Of a DNA stretch of 64,000 bases, positions 39,914-53,622 are shown piece after piece (position 1 is the stretch's first letter; each line of letters starts with the position of its first letter). The notes beneath the pieces were generated by a model. It made no database searches, was not told the origin of the DNA, and saw only the letters and a program-made list of their open reading frames with translations. The stretch is from the human T2T-CHM13v2.0 reference genome, Homo sapiens. A program made the position numbers and the translations under genes. The stretch is taken from assembly GCF_009914755.1 (NCBI RefSeq), contig NC_060937.1, one strand, 5' to 3'.

Positions 39914-42900
39914 ATGGCGAGAGTAAGTCCTTACCTATCAAAAGTTATATTGAATGTAAATGGACTAAATTCTCCAATTAAAAGGATAGGGTCACTGAAT
40001 AGTTAAAGAAAGACCCAACTGTATGGCGCCTATAAGAAACTTACTTAACCTGTGAAGACACACATAGACTAAAAATGAAATGGGGGAGAAAGATATTCCA
40101 TGCAAATAGAATCACCAGATACTGCAGGAGCAGCTATACTTATATCAGATAAAATAGTAAAGTAAAATACTGTAAAAAGAGACAAGGAATGACACGATAT
40201 AATGATAAAGAGATTAATTCAGCAGTAGGACATCATAATTATAAATATCTATCCATTTAACATAGGCCTACCAAAGTTTATAAAACAGGAATAGGTTTAA
40301 AGGGAGAGATAGACTACAATCCAATAATGGGAGATGATTTCAACACTTCATTCACAGTAATAAACAGATCATCCTGACAAAAAAAAAAATCAACAAATAA
40401 ACATCAGAGTTAAACTACATACTAGACCAAATCAGCCTAACTGATATTTTGAGAACATTTAACCCAACTGCCACAGGATACAGATTTTTCTCATTAACAC
40501 ATGGAACATTCTTCAGAATAGACCATATGCCAGGCAAGAAAACACAAGTCTCAACAAATTCAAGAGTGAAATTATACCACATCTGTATCTTGATTACAAT
40601 GGAATAAAACTAGAAATCAATAGAAACAGGAAATTTGGAAACCATAAAAACACATAGAAGTTAAACAACATGCCCCTGAACAATCAATGAGTCAATGAAG
40701 CAATCAAGAAGAAAATTTGTTATTGAAACAAATGAACACAGAAATACATTATATCTAACTCTGTGGGATACAGCAAAAATAGTTCCAAGAGAGTAGTTTA
40801 TAGCAACAAATGCCTATACCAAAATAAGGTAGAGACTTCAAATTAATAACCTAATAAATTCACTTCAAGGAAATAGAAAAGCAAGAAAAATCCAACCAAA
40901 ATTTAGTAGAATGAAAAAAAAAATAATGATCAGAACAGAAATAAAATTGAGGCTAAGAACCATACAAAAATTAATAAAATAAAATGTCAATTTTATGAAA
41001 TGAAAAACAAAATTGGCAAACTTAGCTAGACTTAGAAAAAATGAGAGAAAATTCAAACAAAGTCAGAAACAAAAAGAAGACGTAACAACTGATTCCACAG
41101 AAATATGAATAATCATTAAAGTTTATTATGAGCAATCTGATGCCAAAGAAATGGAAAACTTAGGAGAAATGGATAAATTTCTGGACACGTCCAAGTTACC
41201 AAGATTGAATCTTGAGGGAGTAGAAAACCCCAGCAAATCAATAACGAGTAACAAGATCAAAGCCGTAATAAAATGTCTCCAATCAAAGAGAATCCCAGGA
41301 GCTGATGGCTTCACTGCTTAACTATACCAGACAGTTTTTGAATAGCTAATACTAATTCTTCTCAAACTTTTCCAAAAACTAAAGGAGGAGAGAATACTAT
41401 TAAACTCATTCTATGAAGCAAGAAATACTCTGATAGCACAACAAGATAATAATACAACAAAAAAGACAACTATAGGCCAGTATTACTGATGAAGATAGAT
41501 TCAAAAATCTTTAAGCAAATATGAACAAACTGAATTCAACAACATATTAAACAGATCATCCACCATGATCAAGTGGGATTTATCCTAGGGGCACAAGGAT
41601 GAGTCAACATACGCGAATTAATAAGAGTAATACATCCCATTAACAGAACCAAGAACAAAAACCACGTGATCATTTCAATAGATGCTGAAAAGGCATTTCA
41701 TAAAATATAATATCCTTTTATAGTAAAGATGCTCTCAAGGAGCTAGGTATGGAAGGCGCATAATTTAAAACCATAAAGCCTAAATATAAAAAACCCACAG
41801 CTAATATTTTACTGAATGAGAAAAATATTGGAATATTTTCTTCAAAAGTCTGGCACAAAATAGGATGCCCACTTTCATTGCTTTTATTCAACACAATACT
41901 GGAAGTCCTTGCCAGAGCAATCAGACAAAAGAGGGAAATAAAGGGCATCCAACTGAGAAAGAAAAACAAATTATTTTTGTCTGCAGGTGATATAATCATA
42001 TATTTAGAAAACCCTAACGATTTCATCAGAACTGATAAACAAATTCAGTAAGGTTGCAGAACACAAAATCAACATACAAAAATCAGTAGCATTTAAATTT
42101 GCAATCAGTGAACAACATAAAGCATAACTCAATAAAACAATTACACTTAGAATAGCTACAAAAAATGTAAAATATCTAGGAATACATTTAACCAAAGCAG
42201 TGAACGCTCTTCACAAGAAAAACTATAATACTCTGATGAAAGAAACTGAAGAAGACACACAAAAATGGAAAGATAATTCATGCTCATGAGTTGGAAGAAT
42301 TAATATTGTTAAAGTGTCAATATTACTAGAAGTGATCTACAGAACCAATGCAATCCTTATCGAAATCACAATCATAGTCTTCTCATAAATAGATAAAAAC
42401 TATTGTAAAAATCGTATGGATCTGTATAAACCCCTGAATAGCCAAACAAATCTTGAGCAAAAAGAACAAAGCTGGAGGCATCATACTACCTGACTTTAAA
42501 ATATGCTACAAAGCTATAGTAACAAAACAGCATAGTACTGACATAAAAACAGACAAATAGACAACTGAGACAGAATAAGGAAACCAAAAATAAATACATG
42601 TATTTTCAGCCAATTGATTTTCAACAAAGACATCAAGAACATACATTCAGGGAAAGGACAGTCTCTTCAACAAATGTTGCTGAGAAAAATGGATATTCAT
42701 ATGCAGAAGCATAGAACTAGATCCCCACCTTTCACCATATACAAAAATCAAATCAAAATAGATCAAAGATTCATCTAAGTCCTGAAACTTTGTAACTACT
42801 AGAACAAAACCTTGAGGAAATACTCCAGGATACTGGTCTGGGCAAAGATTTTTTTAAGTAAGACCTCAAAAGCACAGGCAACAAAGGCAAAAATAAACAA

Positions 42901-43730
42901 ATGAGATTATGTCAAGCTAAAAAGTTTCAGCATACCAAAGGAAACAAGGAAAAAAGCAAAAGAAAACCCACAGAATGGGAACAAATATTTGCAAGCCATT
43001 TATTTGACAAGAGATTAATAACCAAAATACATACATAACTTAAGCAAGTTAATGATAATATAAACAAACAAACCGATTAAAATGTGTGCAAATAACATGA
43101 ATAGACATTTTTTAAGGAAGACATAAAATAGCCAATAAGTATATTTTTAAAAATGTTCAACATCACTAATCATCAAGGAAATGAAAATCAAAACCACAAT
43201 GCGATATTATCTCACCCCAGTTAAAATTGCTTCTATCAAAAAGACAAAAAATAACAAATGCTGGTGAGGATATGAATAAAGAGGATTCCTCATACTCTGT
43301 TGGTGGAAATGTAAATTAGTTCAGTCTCCAGGAAAAAGAGTATGGGGATTCCTTTATAAACTAAAAATAGAACTGCCATATGATTCAACAGTCTCACTAC
43401 TTGGTATATATTGAAAAGAAGTAAAGTCAATATACAAGAGATATCTGCTGTCCCGTGTTTATTGCAGCACTATTCACAATAACCAGGATATGGAATCAAC
43501 CTAAGTACTCATCAATGTATAAATAGTATATAATTTATTGTATAAAAATATAGATAATGTCTATGAAGATAGTGTGGTGTATATACACAATGGAATATTA
43601 TTCAGCCATAAAAAAAGAATAACGTTTTGTCACTTTCAGCAATATGGATAGAACTTGGAAGTCATTATGTTAAGTGAAATAAGCCAACCATAGAAAAGTA
43701 AATTTTGCATTTTTTACTCATGTGGGAGCT
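39914..43730 (+). pseudogene. Decayed L1 ORF2 (endonuclease and reverse transcriptase)
   Basis: begins MARVSPYLSKVILNVNGLNSPIKR; RT motif reads [13 protein letters not shown] (FADD lost) near 41977-42015; many stops and frameshifts. Confidence 0.88.
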
Positions 43731-44110
43731 AAGAAAGTTGATCTCATGAACATAGGGACTAGAGGGGTGGTTACCAGAGATCAGGGAGGGTAGCAGGAAC
43801 GGGATAACAGAGAGTCTGGTTAACCAGTACAAAAATACAGTTAAAGAAACAGAAGAAACTTTTGATCATCATTAGAGTGACTATATTTTATAATAATCTA
43901 CTGAGCTGGTAGAGGATAATTTGAATGTCACCAGTATTAAGAAATAAGAAACTTTTGAAGTAATGGATATACCAATTACCCTGATTTGACTATTACACAT
44001 TATATGAATGTATAAAAAAATCACATGTACTCCCAAAATACGTAATGTACACTTATTATGTATCAATAAAAAGAAAGAGCAGATCTTATAACAGATCTAT
44101 TATTGTACGA

Positions 44111-44402
44111 TTTTTTTTTTTTAAGACAGAGTCTCGCTCTGTCACCCAGGCTGGACTCAGTGGCTTGATCTCGGCTCACTGCAACATCCTCCCCCTGGGT
44201 TCAAGTGATTCTCCTGACTCAGCCTCCTGAGTAGCTGGGACTACAGGCAAGTGCCACCATGCCTGGCTAATTTTTTGTATGTTTAGTAGAGACGGGGTGT
44301 CACCGTGTTAGGCAAGATGGTCTCAATCTCTTTACCTTTTGATCCGCCCGCCTCGGCCTCCCAAAGTGTTGGGATTACAGGCGTGAGCCACCGCTCCTGG
44401 CC
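44111..44402 (-). mobile_element. Alu (AluSc-like), full length with TSD
   Basis: agacagagtctcgctctgtcacccaggctgg...gagccaccgctcctggcc; TSD tattgtacgattttt / tattgtatgattttt. Confidence 0.97.
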
Positions 44403-44496
44403 TATTGTATGATTTTTACCAAACCACTTCATTCTTCTAATTATTTGGGCCTATTGTATGATTTTTAGCAAACCACTTCATTCTTCTAATTGTTTA
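44399..44496. repeat. 49-bp tandem duplication (46/49 identical)
   Basis: ggcctattgtatgatttttaccaaaccacttcattcttctaattatttg followed by ggcctattgtatgatttttagcaaaccacttcattcttctaattgttta. Confidence 0.95.
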
Positions 44497-45854
44497 AATT
44501 CCCTCAACTATCTATTCATTAAAATAAAGTTTTTAACCACTTTACAGAGAAACATGGTAACAGAACATCAATTAGTATTTACTTATACCAGTTGACATTT
44601 GATAATCTTTTTTTGAATACTGAAATAAATGAATTAATCCATAGCTAAATAAATGAACAAACTAGTATGTGAATTCAAGAACGTATGACCCACAAGATCT
44701 ATACTCCTCCATCTTGTGCTTTAAAGACAAACTGTTCCTTGCAGGGGAATAATTTGAAGCATGTTGCTCACCACTGAGAGTAGGCCAAGGTGAGATGTGG
44801 CATAGGTTGGGGTACAGGAAACAGTAAGTCCCCACCTATTATGAAGATGCTAATTGCTGATGAATTTTAGGAGAGAAATTAAGGATGGAGAGTATCCTAC
44901 ATATTGCCAATATTTCAGTCAGTAGAAAAATGACCATGATATTGGGGTTTTCAGTGACCACCACTTAAAGAAAATTTTATCCTCGCCTTCCAACTATAGA
45001 TTCCAAGTGCTGATAATGACAAGAAAATACTTCTTCATCTCTGTTCCCATTCAGCTATTAACACTAATGGCAAAACCCCATGTATTAATAATCTTCCTTT
45101 TTTTATTTTTATAACACATGTATTTAAGTTTAAATATGTCCCAAAGTACCATAAAAGGCAAACAGAACTAAAATGCCATTGATTGCATTGCTGGCATATG
45201 GGAAGAGAACAGTAACAAAGTTCTCTTCCTCTACTATTTTTGGTTATTTCCCTGAAGTGCTTCTTTCTTGTAGCATTAAGCTTGTCTACTCAGAAAAAAA
45301 AAAAAAGTAACAAAAAAGAGCCAGCATACGAGCTATTGAATAACCAGTAACAATAACAATCTTGGTTGCCCTGAAATAATCATTGTAATTTCTTCTTCAA
45401 ATCTTCTCAATAGATGTAACCACAACATTTTGATCCATCCCCAGGGATAAGATTGACATTTTCATCTAACTTCTTCTATTACAGATTTCTTTCAGTAATA
45501 ATTCAGCATTAAAAAATATCTTGTCATATTTCTCTCAGGGAAATAGCCCATTGGAAATCTGCCTCCAGTCACAATTATAGTATTTAAAATATTTTCATGT
45601 AAAATTCATGATTTTATATAACAAAACCTTGCCTTTTCTCAAAAAAAACTTCTGAAAATAGTTTTAATGTATTTAAACTTATTCACTAAAGGGAATTCTT
45701 TAGAGTTTATGGCATTAGACAAACATTTATATAGTAAATATTAAAAGAAAAAAGGCCAAGTTTTTTCTTGATACCTGGTAAGAAGATTGGCCTTCATCAT
45801 ATACTAAAAAACAAGAATGACCATTGAAGGCATTAAACCAGAACAGAGACAATG

Positions 45855-46467
45855 ACCTGCAAGTTATTGACAGCTATCGGATGCTGTAAGTGAGTCTTCA
45901 AAGGCCATTTTACTCTTCTGTCAAGCAAACTGCTTCAGGAAGGCAGGGAAGGTGGAAACAGAGCAAAATTTCTTGAGCATGGGCCTGTCTCTAAACATTT
46001 TTGGCTGTGAAGTGAATATTTTGGTCAGAAACAATGCTGTGTGGAATACCATGATGATGGGTATGGTATTTTGTAAATCCATGGACAGTAGTTTTGGCAG
46101 AAGCATTACATACAGGAAAGGCAAATCTATACATAAAGTGTCTGTTTCAGTATGGACAAAATGCTGCTCCTTCCATAGTAGATGGAAGGATGGCTATCTG
46201 CCGCCAGGTAGCTAGCTGATTACCCTGGGGAAAGGTGAAATATTGAGGCCCAGGATTGGTCACTACTGCTGGCTGATTGTGGACTGCCCTTGTCATAGCC
46301 AGGTCAGCCTTGGTAAGTGTTTATGTTGCTAAGCCCATAAATAACGTCAGGCCCGGCTACCATGACCACTTTGTTTATGATCCCACTGGGCAATGACAGG
46401 CAAAACTGGTATCTGCAGAGCAGGTTGTTCCATTGACTTCAATATTAAAATCCTCCTCTGCTGATGT
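45855..46467 (-). pseudogene. ERVL-family pol fragment (integrase N-terminal zinc-binding region and DDE core), decayed
   Basis: manual minus-strand translation: SAEEDFN, VIAQWDHKQSGHG, LTKADLA, QGNQLATWRQI, FAFPVCNASAKTTVHG, HHGIPHSIVSDQNIHFTAK; matches HERV-L-type integrase; stops and frameshifts present. Confidence 0.85.
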
Positions 46468-46489
46468 TGTGAGTACATGGATTGTATGT

Positions 46490-49352
46490 CTTTTGCATAG
46501 TCAGAATAAACTCCACATCATGGTCTTGTATAAATAATATATACATTGTTGGATTTGATTGCTAATATTTTGTTGAGGAGATTTGTGTCTATATTCATGA
46601 GAAATATTTGTGTTTGATTTTCAGTCCTCATAAGGTCTTTATCTGTTTTTGTTATAAGGGTAATGACAGCATCATTAGATTATGTTAAAAATCATTTTCT
46701 CTGCTTCTATTCTCCAGATGATATTGTAGAGAATTGTAACTATTTCTTTTTAAAGTTTGGTAAAATTCACCTGTGAAACCATCTGGACCCTTGGATCTCT
46801 CTTTTTTGATAATTAATAATTAAATACATTTTAATAGGGATATGACTATTATCTGTTTCCTCTTGAGTATATTTTGACAGTTTAGGTATTTCCAAGAATT
46901 CGTTTATTCCTTAATAACAAAACGTTATCAAATGTCTGGGCATAGAGTTGTTAGTCTTGTACTTTTATAACATTTTTAATGTCTAAAGAATCCATATGAT
47001 AACCCCTTTTCATTTCTTACTTTGGTTATGTCTTCTTTCTTTTTTCTCTGATAGCCTGGGATAAATATTTATCAGTTTTATTGAATTTCTCAAAGAATAA
47101 GTTTTTGTTTTTATTAATTTTCTCTATTATTTTCCTGTTATCTATTTTATTTATTTCTGCTTTAATTTTATTATATCATGTGTTTTTTGTTTAATTTTAT
47201 TTTCTTTATCTGGTTCCCTAAGGTGGAAGTTTAGATAATCAATTTTAGATCTTTTCTAATAGATGAAATTAACAATATAGATTTTCATCCCAGCATTGTT
47301 TTTGCTCTTATAAAAGTTGATAAGTTTTACTTTTATTTTCATCAAATTCAAAATATTTTTAAAATTTTTCTTGAGACCTTCTCTTCGATCTCTGGGTTAT
47401 TTAGCAGTGTGTTATTTAATATGCTAATACATATTTTTTCCACCTGTCTTAATTTATTAGTTTCCAATATAATTCCATTTTGGTTTGAGAATATATCTTA
47501 TGTTTCCTATCCTTTTAAATATATTATGGCATGCTTTATGGATCAGATGAGGTTTATTTTATTGAATGTTTCATGTGAGCTTCAGAAGAATGTGTATTCT
47601 GCCACTGTAGGATAGAGTGTATTATAAAAGCTATTTAAATTGGTTAAAAATCTTGTTCAGGTCACCTACAGCCTTAGTAATTTTTGTTAGAGCCATATAT
47701 ATATATATGGGATTTTTATATTTTATGGGAAACTTAACCTCTTTATTGTACATAATACTCTTCTTCTTTTCTCATAGTCTTCCATGTTCTAAAGTTGTCT
47801 TTGTCAGAAATTAACACTGCTACTGGAACTTTCTTTTGAATTTTAGCATGTTACAACTTACAGCTTTTAACATCTCTGAGATCTTATATTAAGGAGGGTT
47901 TACTGAAGACAGTACATAATTGCGTTTGTATTTTATCCACTCTGAAAATCTGATTTCAATTGATACATTTAGAGATATAGTTAATGTTACTATGATATAA
48001 TTAGATTGATATTTATCATGTTTGTATTAATAACTATTTTCTATTCCTGGCATCTGTTCTTTGTGTCTTTTTTTCTCTTCCTTTTATGCTTCTCTGGTTT
48101 AATTGAACATTTTACATGATTTCATTTTGTTCCCTCTCAACAATTGGACTACTTTTTAGGAATTTTTTTGGTTGTTGTCTAGAGTTTACAATGTATTTTT
48201 AAATTAACCTTAATCCACCTTCAAATAACCCTATGCCATTTTATCTGCAGTGGAGAAAATTTATAGCAATATATTCCCAATTCATTTCTCCCATTCTTTA
48301 TGATATTGCTATTATTTATTTCATTTATTCCTGTGATATAATTACCTAATACATTATTATTATTATTGCTCTAAACAAATAATTATCTTTTAAATCATTT
48401 GAGTATAAGAAAAGTAAAATACATTGTTTCATCTTCATTTATTCTTTCCACAATGCTTTTTCTTTCTTTACATAGATATGTTTCCTACTTTAGATTTGTT
48501 TTTCTACCTGAAAAACTTGTTTTGACATTTCTAACAAGCCAGTTCTGCTGGCAATAAATTTCCTCCATATTTGTTTGTCTCAGACATCTATTTCTTCTGT
48601 ACTTTTAAAGAATAATATTACTGGATATTGAATTCTAGATTGTTGGGTATTTTTCTTTCAACATGAAATATTTCAGTTCACTTTTTTTCTTGTGTGTATA
48701 GTTTCTGATAAGAAATACACTGTAATTTTTATCCTGTTTCTTCTGTGGGAAACCCCTCTCTCAGCTTTATACAATTTTCACTTTGTATTTGCTTTTTTAT
48801 AGTTTGAATACTGTATGCCTGTTTTGGTTTTCTTTTTAAATTTATCATGCTTATTTTTTCTGAGCTTCCTGAAGTGTAGTTTGGTGTCTATAATTAATTT
48901 ATAAAGTTCTTTTTCATTAATATTTCAAATATTCCTTATGTTCTATGCCCTTTTGCTTCTCCTTTCAAACCCAATGACATTTACAGGATACTTGTTGATA
49001 TTTTCTTGATGGCAAAGCTCACAAAAAAAAAATGTTTCCACCATATGGTGCAACTCCAGGAGTTTCTCATTCTCCTGCTAGTCCACATAGCTTACAATAA
49101 TTTGTAAAAATTGCAATTTAAATGTTCCTACTAGTTTATGGCTCCAGCAGCTTCTGCTCCAGGTAGGAGCCTGATTATGACTGTGGATTCACCTCTCTCT
49201 AGATTTTGGTGTAGTTGTTTGCCCTGTGACTTCAAATCTCTGATGCGTCAAAGAAAAGCAATTGTTTTCTAGAAAGTCCAGCTCTTTCTTTTTGTAAGAA
49301 TGGGAGTATTGACTTCCAAACTTTTTATAAGTCAGAGGTAAAACCAGAAGTC
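46490..49352 (-). mobile_element. Old L1 (L1MC/L1MD-like), 5'UTR to mid-ORF2, with deletions
   Basis: gctaatattttgttgaggagatttgtgtctatattcatgag, aattcacctgtgaaaccatctgg, agaagaatgtgtattctgc; 5' terminus-like aaaccagaagtc. Confidence 0.8.
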
Positions 49353-49708
49353 CCTGAGAATAGATTTCTGCTATCTATTAGAAAATCAGATCAAAAGAAA
49401 AATGTTGCAATAGAGTTATGAGTTGGAAAATAATTGTGGAGAAAGAAAGGGCCCAGCCACTGGTTAATTCTAAAACATAAAACAAATATGGTACATGTTC
49501 CTCTATAAGTGTCAGTTTCTGAATGTAACTCAGAAATCAGACAGGCCATAGGAATTGCATGTTGTTTTCAAAAATAGTTGGGGATTAATTGACTGAAAAA
49601 GTTCAACTCAGTTGACTTAGTCACCCTTAATTTCATGGACTACTGTTACATTGCAAGACACAAAGCTGAGACATGCTTCTAGCTTGTGTGTCCTCACTGC
49701 ACTGTATC

Positions 49709-49895
49709 ACTCGTTCTCAAGTGTGTGGGACTCCAACAGCACCAAGAAAATTCTCTGGCAGCTTTTTAAAAATGCACATTTTGGATTTTATCCCAGACAT
49801 ATTGAATCAGAAATTCTGGGAATAAGGCCCAGAAATCTGTTTATTAAAAAAAGCCCTTCAGGTCATTCTAATGCAGACTAAAGTTTGAGAACTGA
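49709..49895. mobile_element. MER5A (hAT-Charlie) DNA transposon
   Basis: gttctcaa...aaatgcacattttgg...cccagacatattgaatcagaaattctggg...ggtcattctaatgcagactaaagtttgagaac. Confidence 0.85.
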
Positions 49896-50190
49896 TTTCC
49901 TATATCATAGTATAGAACGATTTCAACTGTAGTATTCCCCTAGAAGGTCAACACACCACATACTGGGGATTGCTCTTTCCCCAGGTCCCTTGTTTACAGG
50001 AAAGCAGTAGAAGCAAGCTTGACTCTGCTGCAGGCCAAAACTATGTGGTCACTTAATATGACAGTGTTATTCCATTAGAAAGGCACCTTGATGAAGATTA
50101 GCCAATTAAAATGCCTCATTTGAAAATTTGGCTTTGGAATTTACTTGAATGAAGAAAATAAGTCAGCACCTGTAGATGAGGGCTATTTTC

Positions 50191-50433
<243 letters not shown>

Positions 50434-50980
50434 GATGAGGGCCATTTTCAAATGTAGTCTGGAAAGTATAAAAGCTAGCTTTCCCAAAGAGAGTAGAGCT
50501 GAAATGTAGAGATATTTCAAGGAACACTCAAGACAGATCTCTTTTTTTTTTAGTTTCTACTGTGCTCTATCAACAGTTCTCATCCAAACCAGAGGTAAAG
50601 CTGAACTCCTAACACTGTATTCTTCGTTAAACTTATACATTCTGGTAAGTAGATACAAATTTTGCTTAAGCTAGGTTGATTGGGATTCTTTGTAAAAGAA
50701 AAAGAGTTATAAACATCACAACAGGTAGAAGGTTTTCTCCTGATTATTAGGAAGCATCTTTCTTACCTATAATGCTTTCTGATATTTATTTAACAAAAGA
50801 CCAAATAATTTACATCCAGCTTCAAATGAAGAGCTCAAACACTCTTAAGAGGAAGAGATTTTACATTACTATGTATTTGATCCAGTGAAAAGGCACATTC
50901 CAGAAAAGTTTTCATAGATGTGTGTAGTCTATCAAGTACCATTGACAGGTCTAAGACTGGACTGGCAGCATATTCACAGT

Positions 50981-51426
50981 TGTCTTAGTCCATTTTATGT
51001 TGTTGTAACAGAGTACCTGATGCTGGGTAATTTATTTTTTAAAAAGAGGTTTATTTGGCTCATGATTCTGGTAGCTGGAAGGCTCAAGGATAGGCAGCTG
51101 CATCTGGTGAGGGCCTCATGCTGTTTCAACTTACGGTGGAAGGTGGAAGGGAAGCTGGTATATGCAGAGACTATTTTGCAAGAGAGGAAGCAAGAGTGAG
51201 AAATCCAAGAAGCCAGATTTTTAACAACACATTCTCAAGGAAACTAATCCATTGCAGTAAGAGAAACAACTCATTAATTCCGGAGGGAGGTCATTAATTT
51301 ATTTATGAGGGATCTACCCCCATGACCCAAATACTTCCCAGTAGGCCCCACTTTCCAACACTTCACATTGTGAATCAAATTTTAATGTGAGTTCTGGTGG
51401 GGACAAATCATGTCCAAACCACAGTA
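50981..51426 (-). mobile_element. MSTB-like (MaLR) solo LTR
   Basis: tgtcttagtccattt...ctgggtaattta...catctggtgagggcctca...ccccatgacccaaatacttcccagtaggcccca; TSD acagt/acaat. Confidence 0.9.
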
Positions 51427-52839
51427 ACAATTAAACATCGCTGGGCTGCAACAGCATCTGCAGACACAGTCACATAAACACTCGCATTCACTCACTCATT
51501 TCTGCTATTGCTCAAAATTCCAATGGGCAGTACATACACACACACACATACACCACCCCCACCCCCCAAAAAATAAACCTAATAACTGCTAGGATATCTG
51601 CCTTTGTCCAAGATGTCTCTCTATTTTCCAAACCAGACAACTGAATCGCAGATTTGACATGTGTGAGTACAAAATTTAGTATGAGGTGGAAAAGCTTTAA
51701 TTGTTTATTGAAGTATATTGCAATATATTTTCTTGAGTAATACCTAATGTCCTGGAAATAAAGAATTCCAAACCAAAATAGAACTAAAGTTTTAAGAATT
51801 ATCTTGCCATTATGAGCAAGTCAAGTAGATCCATTAATTTATTTAGTCTTTCTTTAGATCTTTTTTCAGTAAGGCATTCCCAATAAAATAAGAAAATGAA
51901 GGCATTATGATTTGATATTTATCACTGCTTATTGAAATAAACAAAAATTGCTCAACTATCTTTTATGGGACAGCCATTTTGAATGATCACTGCCCATCAG
52001 CAAGGAGCAGAAAAGTGTATAAATACTTAATTATTAGCAAACTAATGATTTTATGGTTGTATTTTCTTAATTAATGGCCTAGCTAATTGTGAAAATAATT
52101 AAATGAACTCTTAATTTACAGAAATTTGTTGTGTTAAAAACAAACAACATTAAATTTACCACCTTAATTATTTTTAAGTGTACAGTTCGATAGTGTTAAA
52201 TATATTCATTGTTGTAGCACAGATCTCTAGAATTTTTCATCTCGCAACATTAAATCTCTATGCCCATTAAACACTAATTTCCTCTCCCTTATCCCTCCAG
52301 GCTTTGTCAACCCTTATATACTTCATATAAGCAGAAGCATATAGTATTTGTCTTTTTGTGACTGGATTATTTTGATTAGCATCATGTCCTTGAGGTTCAT
52401 CCATGTTATTGCATGTTACAGGATTTTTTTAAGGATGGATAATATTCTATTGTATATATATATATAGGACATTTTATTTGTTCAGTCCTAGAAATTAGGG
52501 TGGCTTCTGCTTCTTGATTATTGTGAATAATGCTGCAATAAACAGGGATATGCAAATACCCTTTTGTGATCCTGCTTCCAGTTATTTCAGACACATACAG
52601 TTGCCGGATCAAATGGTAATTCTACTATTAATTTATTGGAGGGATCTACATACTGTTTTTAATAATGGCTACCATTTTATAATCATATAAACAGTGCACA
52701 AGAGTTCCAGTTTCTGTGCATCCTCAGAAACACTTGTTTTTTTTGTTCTTTTGATAGCTGCCATCCTAATGGGTATGAGGTAATGTCTTACTATATTTGA
52801 TTTGCATTTCTCTTATGATGAGTGATTTGAGCATCATTT

Positions 52840-53622
52840 TGTTACAGGTAGGTCTTTGATCTTAGAGGTCCCAAGATGTGGTGGGCCACTCCCAAGATGG
52901 AGGCGGCCACTCTCAAGATTGCAGCAAGCCTTTTGTTCTCTGACCTGGGGTTCTTGGCCTCATGGATTCCAAGGAATGGAATCTTGGGCCATGCGGTGAG
53001 TATTATAGCTCTATTAGAAGCCACGGGTCACAGAAGAGAACCGTGGAACCCAACAACTAGTGTTCAGCTCGATTAGGACAAACCCTGGGCCCTTGGCCAT
53101 GCAGGAGCAATGGCGAGCCTCTATCCCGATTGGGAGCGGCAATGGGCGCCTCACTGGATCAGGAGCGCAGCGGACACTCTGCCGGATCCGGAGGGATGGA
53201 AGTCAGCGGCGGGTCTGGACTGCGGCAAACAGCAGTGGTGGACGGCAAGCAAAAGTTCAACTCGAGCCGTAACAAACACGGACCAGAAGAGTGTGCAATT
53301 GCAAGATTTAATAGAGTGAAAAAAGAGCTCCCATACAACAGGAGGGGACCCAAAGGGGGTTGCCCACTCCCTGCTCAAATGCCTGGGTTTATATCCCAAC
53401 CATTGTCCCTCCCCCTGTGCTCTCAGATGATATATGATTTGACTACTTCTTTACCTCCTGCTTTTGCCTAATTTGTATTTTAGTAAGCCCTCTTTACTAC
53501 CTGATTGGTCGGGTGTGAGCTGAGTTACCAGCCCTGTGTTTAAAGGTGGGTGTGGTCACCTTCCTCAGCTAGGCTTAGGAATTCTTAGTCGGTCTAGGAA
53601 ATCCAGCTAGTCCTGTCTCTCA
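52840..53622 (-). mobile_element. LTR17 (HERV-W) solo LTR, 783 bp
   Basis: reverse complement starts tgagagacaggactagctggatttcctagaccgactaagaattcctaagcctagctg; perfect 4-bp TSD attt (52836-52839 / 53623-53626). Confidence 0.95.
53307..53508 (-). promoter_or_regulatory. LTR17 core signals: CCAAT (53504-53508), TATA box (53388-53393), ATTAAA poly(A) signal (53307-53312)
   Basis: motifs seen in the expected U3-to-R order; activity unknown. Confidence 0.6.

Larger units (their letters stand above)
37376..44071 (+). mobile_element. Full-length L1MA4-like LINE-1 (5'UTR, ORF1, ORF2, 3'UTR; all decayed)
   Basis: continuous L1 homology; ORF2 ATG at 39914; L1MA-type 3'UTR ending tatcaataaaa; degenerate 16-bp TSD agaaagaatagacctt (37360-37375) / agaaagagcagatctt (44072-44087). 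Confidence 0.9.

Noticed and set aside
52842-53471. Cluster of overlapping ORFs on both strands
   Set aside because: They lie inside the GC-rich LTR17, where stop codons are rarer; no gag, pol or env similarity
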